This document shows positions 1 to 7,421 of a DNA stretch of 48,294 nucleotides, one piece after another. The position numbers and the translations under genes are program-made. The DNA is from Parcubacteria group bacterium. GTDB taxonomy: Bacteria > Patescibacteriota > Minisyncoccia > Phycocordibacterales > CALRHW01. Numbering within the stretch: position 1 is the first letter of the stretch; each line of letters begins with the position of its first letter. A model generated the notes under the pieces. It worked only from the letters and a program-made list of their open reading frames with translations, made no database searches and was not told the DNA's origin. The stretch is taken from contig JBCLGW010000002.1 of the NCBI GenBank assembly GCA_039740835.1, positions 1-48,294 of the forward strand, in the 5' to 3' direction.

Positions 1-2
1 CG

Positions 3-416
3 GCAGTTGATTACAAAGTTGGCACTAATCCATTTTCAGTTACTGCCGGAGATTTTGATAATGACAATAATTTAGATTTAGCCGTAGCAAATGAGGGTAG
101 TAATAATGTCTCTATTCTTTTAGGCAATGGCAATGGCACTTTTAGGACGGCAGTTGATTATGGAGTTGGCAGTAGTCCACGATTAGTTACTGCTGGAGAT
201 TTTAATAATGATAATAAATTAGATTTAGCCACAGCAAATTTTAGTAATGATAATGTCTCTATCTTAATTGATATTCCCCTAAAGGAAATCATATCGGAAC
301 CATTACTTACTCAGCGGTCAGTGGTGACTCGGATTATAACGGTATTTCAATTAATAATGTCGTGGCTAACATCACAGACAATAGAGATTGTTGAATCTAT
401 AAAAAATACAATGTAG
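3..416 (+). CDS. FG-GAP/VCBS-repeat surface protein, 3' fragment entering from the window edge; the tail looks disrupted
   Basis: Frame 3 is open from the window start to TAG 414-416. It contains two copies of AVDYxVGxxPxxVTAGDFxNDNxLDLAxAN...NVSIL, an FG-GAP type repeat. The repeat pattern stops near nt 270, and a more domain-like tail (SGDSDYNGISINNVVANITDN) lies in frame 2 at 272-394. Confidence 0.6.
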   Translation, partial: AVDYKVGTNPFSVTAGDFDNDNNLDLAVANEGSNNVSILLGNGNGTFRTAVDYGVGSSPRLVTAGDFNNDNKLDLATANFSNDNVSILIDIPLKEIISEPLLTQRSVVTRIITVFQLIMSWLTSQTIEIVESIKNTM

Positions 417-480
417 GTAGACCGACAGTAAACAGACTTTCCACTTTTATTTTTGGCAAAAATAGAGTATTCTCAAGAGC

Positions 481-1974
481 GTGTTAAAAAACAACGAAAC
501 AATATTGCGTTTTGAAAAACTCAGCTTTGATTATGGTCACAACAAGCCTATTTTAGATAATGTAGATTGCTCGGTACGGCGTGGGTCAAAGATAACAATA
601 ATGGGTCAAAATGGTGCCGGCAAAAGCACCATTTTTCAGCTGATTGTTGGTGGCGTAAAGCCGGAGTCTGGAAAGGTGATTAGACCGCCAGACCTCAGTA
701 TTGCTATTGGTCGCCAAGTTATACCTCGCGATGAGCTTGCTTTGACTGTACGAGAATTTTTCCAAAAAGCATTTACTGATGCAGAAAAAGCTGGCCTACG
801 AAAAAGCGAGGGGCCTATTTATGATATTGATGTGCGTATTGATGATGTGCTTGAAGTTGTAAATCTCCACGCGCCTCACGAAAAAATTATAAAAACATTT
901 TCTGGCGGTCAGCAAGCGCGCCTTCTCCTCGCATCTGCCCTTATTCAAAATCCCGATCTACTTTTACTCGATGAACCAACAAACAATCTGGACAAGGCAG
1001 GTATTGAACATCTCACTGATTTTTTGAAATCATATACAAAGACTGTGATTGTTATTTCCCATGCAGCCGATTTTCTAAACGCGTTTACCGATGGCGTGCT
1101 ATACCTAGATATTTTTACAAAAAAACTTGAGCAATATGTCGGCAACTATTTTGATGTGATGGAGCAAATCACTGCGCGTGTAGAAAAAGAAAATCGTAAA
1201 AATGCACAACTCGCAAAAGAAATTCAGGAAAATAAAGACAAAGCCAACTTTTTTGCAAACAAAGGAGGACAAATGCGTATGGTGGCAAAACGAATGCGTG
1301 AAAAAGCCGAAGAGCTTGAGGATGAAAAAGTAGATACCAGACGCGAAGACAAAACAATTCGTCCTTTTACAATCCCTTGTCAAACAGAGCTTGTGGGTCC
1401 GATTGTGACTATTACTTCTTTTACTACGATGAACCCAAAGACGCATAAAGAGGTAAAACGCAAAGCCAACATTTCTTTGCGAAAAAAACAGCACTTACTT
1501 TTGCGTGGGCCAAATGGTATTGGCAAGACGACACTTCTTGAATCTATTGCGCACGCTACGGCGGAAGGTGTGACAATAATGCCCAATGTGAAAGTCGGAT
1601 ATTATCGGCAAGATTTTTCTACATTAAATTTTGAAGACACTGTGTACGACTCGCTCTTGCGCGTGATGGACAAGCAGATAGAACAAAATATGCGCACAGT
1701 TGCTGCAGGTTTTCTCATTACTGGGGATATGATAAACACAAAAATTGGCGATCTTTCTGAAGGTCAAAAAGGACTTGTCGCTTTTGCTCGTCTTGTTTTA
1801 GAAAAACCGGGGCTACTTATTTTGGACGAACCGACAAACCATATAAACTTTCGACACATTCCAATCATTGCCGACGCGCTCGATAAATATGAAGGCGCAA
1901 TGATTTTGGTGAGCCACGTGCCAGATTTTGTAGAAAAAATTCGCATTGATGAGGTGCTAGATTTAGGGAAATAG
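481..1974 (+). CDS. ABC-F family ATPase (two ABC cassettes, no membrane domain)
   Basis: Walker A GQNGAGKST and GPNGIGKTT. Signatures FSGGQQARL and LSEGQKGLV. Walker B LLLDEPTNNLD and LILDEPTNHI. A charged linker lies between the cassettes. GTG start. Confidence 0.9.
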   Translation: MLKNNETILRFEKLSFDYGHNKPILDNVDCSVRRGSKITIMGQNGAGKSTIFQLIVGGVKPESGKVIRPPDLSIAIGRQVIPRDELALTVREFFQKAFTDAEKAGLRKSEGPIYDIDVRIDDVLEVVNLHAPHEKIIKTFSGGQQARLLLASALIQNPDLLLLDEPTNNLDKAGIEHLTDFLKSYTKTVIVISHAADFLNAFTDGVLYLDIFTKKLEQYVGNYFDVMEQITARVEKENRKNAQLAKEIQENKDKANFFANKGGQMRMVAKRMREKAEELEDEKVDTRREDKTIRPFTIPCQTELVGPIVTITSFTTMNPKTHKEVKRKANISLRKKQHLLLRGPNGIGKTTLLESIAHATAEGVTIMPNVKVGYYRQDFSTLNFEDTVYDSLLRVMDKQIEQNMRTVAAGFLITGDMINTKIGDLSEGQKGLVAFARLVLEKPGLLILDEPTNHINFRHIPIIADALDKYEGAMILVSHVPDFVEKIRIDEVLDLGK

Positions 1975-1992
1975 ATAATTTGAGATAATCTG

Positions 1993-2616
1993 GTGTATAA
2001 TAAACCAATGATTAAATGGAACGAATATACGTGGTACTCAAAGATTTCTGCAATTTTTGTATTTTTGGCGATTTTTCCAATTTGGACTTTTTATATCGGA
2101 ATGAAATATCAGGAAACGAAAACCGCCCTCTCCGAAGATAGGACTGTGAGAAGCGCTAGTTTTATTCATACAGAAAAAAAAGCTAACGGAGATTTTAAGA
2201 ATGCAACATACACGATAAACGGCGTACCTATTACTTTGGAAAATGGAAAATCAGAAATGCCCATCACTCCAAACTCTGCTTCAAACATTGTCACACAATA
2301 TTTTGGCAATGAAGTGATGGGGGATTTGAATGAAGATGGTCTAGACGACGTAGCTTTTATTTTAACTCAACAAACGGGTGGTAGTAGCACTTTTTATTAT
2401 GTTGCTGTTGCATTTAATAATCAAAAATATTTTGTCGGCATAAATACTGTACTGCTCGGTGACCGCATCATTTTGCAAAATACAGAAATTCGTGACGGGC
2501 AGATTATTGTAAATTATTCAGATAGGGCTTTTGGTCAGCCAATGACCGTAAATCCAAGTATTGGAGTTTCAAAATATCTCACAGTGCTAGAGGGTAAGCT
2601 TGTAGAAAAAAGATAG
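1993..2616 (+). CDS. hypothetical membrane-anchored protein
   Basis: 207-aa ORF with one N-terminal hydrophobic helix (ISAIFVFLAIFPIWTFYIG). An ATG at 2008 is an alternative start. No recognised motif. Confidence 0.55.
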   Translation: MYNKPMIKWNEYTWYSKISAIFVFLAIFPIWTFYIGMKYQETKTALSEDRTVRSASFIHTEKKANGDFKNATYTINGVPITLENGKSEMPITPNSASNIVTQYFGNEVMGDLNEDGLDDVAFILTQQTGGSSTFYYVAVAFNNQKYFVGINTVLLGDRIILQNTEIRDGQIIVNYSDRAFGQPMTVNPSIGVSKYLTVLEGKLVEKR

Positions 2617-2626
2617 ACGGCGCGTT

Positions 2627-4765
2627 TTAATCTGACTTTGGCCAAGACTCTATCATGAGCAGGGTCTCTTTTTCTTTTGGGATATATGCCCAGATTTCTT
2701 CAGTCACAAAAGGCATAAATGGATGAAGTATTTTTATACTTTGAGTGAATATTGAAAGTATGGTGTGTTGGCGTGAAGTTTTTGCCTTCAGATCCTCGCC
2801 AGAAAAAATATTTTTACTTTCTTCTAGAATAACATCAGCAAAACGATGCCAAACATAATGATATATTTTTTCAGAGGCTAAATGAAAACGAAACTCATCA
2901 AAGTCTGAAGTGATATCTTTTGTGAGTTCGGCAAATTCAGCCATGAGCGCTTTGTCTGCATCAGTAGAAATTTTTGAATCATCAGCCGTAACACCTTCTG
3001 TATTTGAAAATATAAAACGCGCAACGTTCCAGACTTTGTTTGCAAAATTTTTGTAGCCCTTTATTTTATTTTCTGCGAGAGCAGTGTCGGAGCCGGGCGG
3101 ATTGGAAACGACGAGTGCCATTCGCAAAGCGTCGGTGCCGTATTTTTCGGTCATATCTAGCGGATTGATAACATTTCCCTTGCTCTTGCTCATTTTTTTA
3201 CCCTTGGCGTCGTTTACAAGTCCGTGCATATAAATATTTTTGAATGGCACATCACCTGCGAGATATAGGCCAAAAATAACCATCCGAGGAATCCATTTAA
3301 AAATCAGGTCGTAGCCAGTTTCCATTACATCAGTAGGATAGCGTTCTAAAAAATCTTTGCCGTCTGGAAAACCAAGTGCAATAAGTGGCCATTGCCCAGA
3401 AGAAAACCAAGTATCAAATGTATCTGTGTCGGCCACTATTTCGCCGTCACATTTTTGACACTTTACTGCAGTGTTTTCTAAATCAGGAAAACCATGTCCA
3501 CATTTTGTGCAGATTTTTGCAGGGATTTTTATACCCCACACTATTTGTCGAGAAATATTCCAGTCGATAGGGTTGGACATCCAGTATGAAAATATTTTTC
3601 CATAATTTTCTGAGTAAAATGTCAGCTTGCCAGCATTGTACGCATCGAGAGCTTTGTCTGCGAGAGGTTTCATTTTCACATACCATTGTGGAAGTATTCG
3701 TGGCTCGATAGAAGTATTGCATTTGTAACAAGTCGGCACTGGATGCAAATAATCTTCTATTTTTTCAATAAGACCCATTGTCTGCAAATCTTCTACGACA
3801 AGTTTGCGCGCCTCGGCGATTTTCATACCAGCGTATTTGCCGGCTTTTTCATTGAGTTTACCAAACTGGTCAATGACTTCTACAGACGGCAGGTGGTGTC
3901 GTGTTGCCAGCTCAAAATCATTTTTGTCATGAGCGGGAGTGATTTTTAATGCACCAGTACCAAACTCGCGCTCAACTATTTCATCACCAACAACTTTCAG
4001 GGAGAGTTCGCCATTTGGATTTTGTACGGTGATGGTTGTGCCGACCAGACTTTTGTATCGCGGATCTTCTGGATGCACAGCCACAGCTACGTCACCAAAA
4101 ATAGTTTCAGGGCGGACAGTCGCAACAGTGACAGGTCCGTATTTTATATAGTAGAGTTTGTCGTTTATTTCTTTCGTTTCCGTTTCAACATCTGAAAGAG
4201 AAGTTTGGTGTTTTGTGCACCAATTTACCATTCCATTACCGCGATATATGAGTCCATCGTCATACATTTTTTTGAAAGTTTCTCCGACGCGCAACACGAC
4301 ATCATTGTCCAAAGTAAATTTTTCTCGAGACCAATCGCAAGACGCGCCCATTTTACGCACCTGATTTTCCATCGTCGCTTTATTTTTTATCGTGAAATCA
4401 TAGATTTCTTTGTAGAGCTCATCTCTGTCCATTTTAAAACGAGAGCGACCTTCTTTTTCTAGCTTTTTTTCGTACACTGTTTGCGTCTCAAAACCAGCAT
4501 GGTCTGCGCCCGGTATCCAGAGCGCTTTGAAACCCTGCATACGCTTGTAGCGAGTCATAATGTCCTCTACGGTAATAAAAAGAGCGTGACCCACATGTAG
4601 GTCACCGTTGGCGTTTGGTGGAGGCATTATCATAGTAAACGGCTCTTTGTGGCGTGCAGGTAAATTGTCAGGATTAAAAAAACCAGACTGTTCCCAGACA
4701 GTGTAGATGCGGTCTTCGGTAGATTTTGGATCGTACGGCTTTGTAAATTTATCGTCCATATTCAC
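2627..4765 (-). CDS. valS: valyl-tRNA synthetase (short form, about 712 aa)
   Basis: Class I HIGH-type motif PPPNANGDLHVGHAL and KMSKS motif KMSKSKGN. The ValRS-like editing-domain stretch TVRPETIFGDVAVAVHPEDPRY is present. An ATG at 4759 is an alternative start. Confidence 0.88.
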   Translation of the reverse strand: MNMDDKFTKPYDPKSTEDRIYTVWEQSGFFNPDNLPARHKEPFTMIMPPPNANGDLHVGHALFITVEDIMTRYKRMQGFKALWIPGADHAGFETQTVYEKKLEKEGRSRFKMDRDELYKEIYDFTIKNKATMENQVRKMGASCDWSREKFTLDNDVVLRVGETFKKMYDDGLIYRGNGMVNWCTKHQTSLSDVETETKEINDKLYYIKYGPVTVATVRPETIFGDVAVAVHPEDPRYKSLVGTTITVQNPNGELSLKVVGDEIVEREFGTGALKITPAHDKNDFELATRHHLPSVEVIDQFGKLNEKAGKYAGMKIAEARKLVVEDLQTMGLIEKIEDYLHPVPTCYKCNTSIEPRILPQWYVKMKPLADKALDAYNAGKLTFYSENYGKIFSYWMSNPIDWNISRQIVWGIKIPAKICTKCGHGFPDLENTAVKCQKCDGEIVADTDTFDTWFSSGQWPLIALGFPDGKDFLERYPTDVMETGYDLIFKWIPRMVIFGLYLAGDVPFKNIYMHGLVNDAKGKKMSKSKGNVINPLDMTEKYGTDALRMALVVSNPPGSDTALAENKIKGYKNFANKVWNVARFIFSNTEGVTADDSKISTDADKALMAEFAELTKDITSDFDEFRFHLASEKIYHYVWHRFADVILEESKNIFSGEDLKAKTSRQHTILSIFTQSIKILHPFMPFVTEEIWAYIPKEKETLLMIESWPKSD

Positions 4766-4792
4766 AGCAGATTATAACACTTTTAGCGATAT

Positions 4793-5386
4793 TTGAAACC
4801 TTTTTTGATATACTTTAAACACATGAAAAAACATTTGGATGGCGTACTTTTTTTAGTTAAAGATATTGCGATTATTGCAATCAGTGTTGTTGTCGCGGTG
4901 GAGCTTGTGCGTTTTGGAGTTATAAACAAAATTTTGGAGTCAATAGCGGGTTTTGAATTTATCGGAAGCTTTGTTGCGGGTATGTTTTTTACTTCGGTTT
5001 TTACAACAATACCATCTATAGCAACTCTCGGAGAGCTAGCTATTATGCGCCCAATTTTTCAGGTAGCATTTTTTGGTGCGCTCGGAGCTGTTGTCGGCGA
5101 CCTTGTAATTTTCCGTTTTATCAGAGACCGTTTTTCTCTACATCTTTTGGAATTACTCAAACACGAAAGTTTGGTAAAAAGATTTAAGATTTTGATTCGG
5201 TTGAAATATTTTCGTTGGATGACATTTCTGGTGGGAGGACTCATCATTGCTTCACCTTTTCCAGACGAGCTCGCTATCAGTCTGCTTGGTTTTGCAAAAA
5301 TGAAGACGCGTACTTTTTTGCTGGTGTCTTTTATTTTTAATTTTTTGGGAATACTTGTTATCAGCATTATCGCCAGAGCTCTTTAG
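4793..5386 (+). CDS. polytopic membrane protein, unknown function
   Basis: 197-aa ORF with several hydrophobic segments. The TTG at 4793 is doubtful and the ATG at 4823 (MKKHLDG) is the more likely start. Confidence 0.6.
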   Translation: MKPFLIYFKHMKKHLDGVLFLVKDIAIIAISVVVAVELVRFGVINKILESIAGFEFIGSFVAGMFFTSVFTTIPSIATLGELAIMRPIFQVAFFGALGAVVGDLVIFRFIRDRFSLHLLELLKHESLVKRFKILIRLKYFRWMTFLVGGLIIASPFPDELAISLLGFAKMKTRTFLLVSFIFNFLGILVISIIARAL

Positions 5387-5409
5387 TGTAGTCTTTACTA
5401 CTCGTTTAC

Positions 5410-5438
5410 AAAAAACCCTCCATCGTGGAGGGTTTTTT
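5410..5438. terminator. bidirectional intrinsic terminator between convergent genes
   Basis: AAAAAACCCTCCA-TCG-TGGAGGGTTTTTT: a GC-core stem with an A-run on one side and a T-run on the other. Confidence 0.75.
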
Positions 5439-5461
5439 GTAAGATTTTTGTTTAACGTTTT

Positions 5462-6211
5462 TTAAAATCCAAGTTGTTTTAGAAATTCAGCTAGCTCTTC
5501 GCCCTTTATTTCCCGCGAGCTTCCATTGGGGAGTTTACCGAGCTCTATGTTCATGATGCGCACGCGTTCTAGGTCTGTTACTTCGTTAAAGAGAGCAACA
5601 CACATTCGGCGGACTTGATGTTTTATACCTTCAGTGAGTATTACCCGAAAAAGATGCTCGTTTAAGACGCGTACTTTACATGGCCGTGTAGTGTCGTTGT
5701 CTATTTTTACACCAGCTTCCATTTTTTCTTTAAAATTGTTGCGGATTTTTTCACGAGTTTTTACAACATACTCTTTATCGTGCACATACTCGGGGTTTAA
5801 AAGTCTGTCGGTGATGCGTCCGTCGTTTGTTAAAATAATTAGTCCATGTGACTCTTTGTCTAGTCGTCCAACAGGGAAAACACCTTTGAGTTTCGATGCT
5901 TGTAATACGTCTTGTTCACCTTTTTGCGGAGAATGAGTAATGACGCCGATAGGTTTGTTGTATGCGTAATAAATATATTTTTTTGCCAAGCTTCCGCTCA
6001 CACGCACATCTATAGTGTCGTTTTCAGTTATTTTGTCACCAAGCACCGCAAGTCGGCCATTTATAAAAACTCTTTTTTTCTTTATGAGTTCGTCACCACC
6101 TTTTCGGGTGGAGTATTTTTTCCAAGCGAGATATTTATTTATTCTCATTGGAAACAGTGGTTTTTCTATTTTTTGTATTTTAGGTTTCATTTTTTGAAAT
6201 ATAGCACACAT
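5462..6211 (-). CDS. RsuA/RluB-family rRNA pseudouridine synthase with an S4 domain
   Basis: N-terminal S4-like MRINKYLA...RVFINGR and the catalytic motif GRLDKESHGLIILTNDG. Confidence 0.85.
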   Translation of the reverse strand: MCAIFQKMKPKIQKIEKPLFPMRINKYLAWKKYSTRKGGDELIKKKRVFINGRLAVLGDKITENDTIDVRVSGSLAKKYIYYAYNKPIGVITHSPQKGEQDVLQASKLKGVFPVGRLDKESHGLIILTNDGRITDRLLNPEYVHDKEYVVKTREKIRNNFKEKMEAGVKIDNDTTRPCKVRVLNEHLFRVILTEGIKHQVRRMCVALFNEVTDLERVRIMNIELGKLPNGSSREIKGEELAEFLKQLGF

Positions 6212-6229
6212 TGACCGTATAAAACATAA

Positions 6230-6254
6230 GGGACCCCAAAAATCTCGGGGTCCC
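6230..6254 (-). terminator. intrinsic terminator for the Cys-rich gene
   Basis: On the minus strand GGGACCCCGAGATTTTTGGGGTCCC lies 24 nt after the stop codon and is followed by the T-rich TTATGTTTTAT. Confidence 0.55.
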
Positions 6255-6277
6255 TGTGGGTGGACAAACTAATCGTG

Positions 6278-6652
6278 TCAGTTGGAGGAGCCACCCCCAC
6301 CCCTTCTAATATGAGGTGATGACGTCTCACGACGCACCATTAGCGCGAGCTTGAGGCAAATTTCCTGCAGATTAAAAATCTGCACGAATTTGTACCGCGA
6401 GTACATCATGTGGTCTACAATCTTGATAAGACTGAGGTATTCCACAAGTAAGATTTTCCTGTCGCATAAAGCTCGCCTGAGAATCTCTCGAGCATCTTCT
6501 TGGTCGTACACCTCCCGACTTTCGCTCCCGTCGGAGAAACGAAAATAGCCGTGACACCCCTGACATTTCTGACACTCTGGACATCCCAGACAGCACACAA
6601 ATTGTGCCGGAACCGGAACATCAATCTTTTCCTCAGCATCATTCCTTCCCAT
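6278..6652 (-). CDS. orphan cysteine-rich small protein (124 aa)
   Basis: AAGGAGG sits 6 nt upstream of the ATG. The gene has its own TTGACA/TATAGT promoter and a downstream hairpin. The N-terminal cluster is CCLGCPECQKCQGCHG and the C-terminus is RRGGGGSSN. Composition is much more GC-rich than the neighbours. Confidence 0.65.
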   Translation of the reverse strand: MGRNDAEEKIDVPVPAQFVCCLGCPECQKCQGCHGYFRFSDGSESREVYDQEDAREILRRALCDRKILLVEYLSLIKIVDHMMYSRYKFVQIFNLQEICLKLALMVRRETSSPHIRRGGGGSSN

Positions 6653-6722
6653 TTTTGACCTCCTTGTGGTTTGGGATTTTCGCTACCTTGACCTTGTAAA
6701 GAACAAATTACATTCGTTAGGT

Positions 6723-6750
6723 ACTATACAGTAATTTACGTTATTGTCAA
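6723..6750 (-). promoter_or_regulatory. sigma70-like promoter for the Cys-rich gene
   Basis: On the minus strand: TTGACA (6745-6750), a 16-nt spacer, then TATAGT (6723-6728). This is about 70 nt upstream of the ATG. Confidence 0.5.
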
Positions 6751-6778
6751 CGTTTTTATGACTTTGTCTACGAAGCAC

Positions 6779-6807
6779 TTGACTTTTTTTAAAGAATAGA
6801 TTATAGT
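6779..6807 (+). promoter_or_regulatory. sigma70-like promoter for the RRM protein gene
   Basis: TTGACT (6779-6784), a 17-nt spacer, then TATAGT (6802-6807). This implies a 5' UTR of about 95 nt. Confidence 0.55.
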
Positions 6808-6905
6808 ACCCGATGTAAGAGTTATCTACTAGAAGAACGTAAGAGATTATCTTTGTTCGCATAGGGGATTGCAATCTTACGTTTTATTCATAAGCCCAAA
6901 AAAAA

Positions 6906-7181
6906 ATGGCTAAGAAGTTATATGTTGGTGGTATTTCATACAATACTACTGATCAAGGATTATCAGATGCATTCGCTAAAGCAGGAACAGTTGTTTCTGC
7001 GTCTATCATTACAGACAAGATGACAGGCCGATCAAAAGGCTTTGGATTCGTTGAAATGAATTCAGACGATGAAGCAAACGCTGCTATCGAAATGTACAAC
7101 GGAAAGGATCTTGACGGACGAAACCTCACAGTAAACGAGGCTCGACCAAAAGAAGACCGACCACGAGGAAACTTCCGATAA
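6906..7181 (+). CDS. RRM-type RNA-binding protein (91 aa)
   Basis: RNP-2 LYVGGI and RNP-1 KGFGFVEM, with a short RG-containing tail. Confidence 0.9.
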   Translation: MAKKLYVGGISYNTTDQGLSDAFAKAGTVVSASIITDKMTGRSKGFGFVEMNSDDEANAAIEMYNGKDLDGRNLTVNEARPKEDRPRGNFR

Positions 7182-7203
7182 TTCATTATCGAAGTTCAAT
7201 CAC

Positions 7204-7231
7204 AAAAAAACCACCTTCGGGTGGTTTTTTT
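7204..7231 (+). terminator. intrinsic terminator
   Basis: AAAAAAACCACC-TTCG-GGTGGTTTTTTT located 23 nt after the stop codon. Confidence 0.8.
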
Positions 7232-7240
7232 GTTTGGTAA

Positions 7241-7391
7241 GTTGTGTGTGAATATGTGAAGTAAAATATGAGAATCAATAAAAAACAGGCTTCGCAGGCG
7301 GGTAGCCGAGACGGAGCAAAAACACATCAGCGTTTTATGCGTACTGTTTTTTATTGATTCTCATATTTTACTTCATATATTCACAACACAC
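7241..7391. repeat. long inverted repeat with 48-nt arms and a 55-nt GC-richer spacer
   Basis: Arm 7241-7288 (GTTGTGTGTGAATATGTGAAGTAAAATATGAGAATCAATAAAAAACAG) is the reverse complement of 7344-7391. I see two mismatches, of which at least one would be a G-U pair in RNA. Confidence 0.85.
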
Positions 7392-7392
7392 A

Positions 7393-7421
7393 TTGACAAA
7401 ATACCCATTTTCTTATATTAT
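7393..7421 (+). promoter_or_regulatory. sigma70-like promoter for the helicase gene
   Basis: TTGACA (7393-7398), a 17-nt spacer, then TATTAT (7416-7421). The ATG at 7433 is only 11 nt downstream. Confidence 0.5.

Noticed and set aside
3385-4462. Several 60-87-aa plus-strand ORFs inside the valS region, plus a minus-strand out-of-frame ORF at 3483-3731
   Set aside because: All lie within the well-supported valS gene, antisense or out of frame. They have low-complexity or odd composition and no start signals, so they look like typical shadow ORFs.
6351-6642. Alternative ORFs (6351-6548 plus strand; 6372-6596 and 6415-6642 minus strand) overlapping the Cys-rich gene; I also considered that the region might encode RNase P RNA or tmRNA
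   Set aside because: Only the 6278-6652 frame has an AAGGAGG-ATG arrangement with a promoter and terminator. I could not find the conserved RNase P (GGAAAGTCCGG, ACAGAACCCGGCTTA) or tmRNA (tRNA-like CCA end) blocks. The extra open frames are best explained by the GC-rich composition, but they are noted in a finding.
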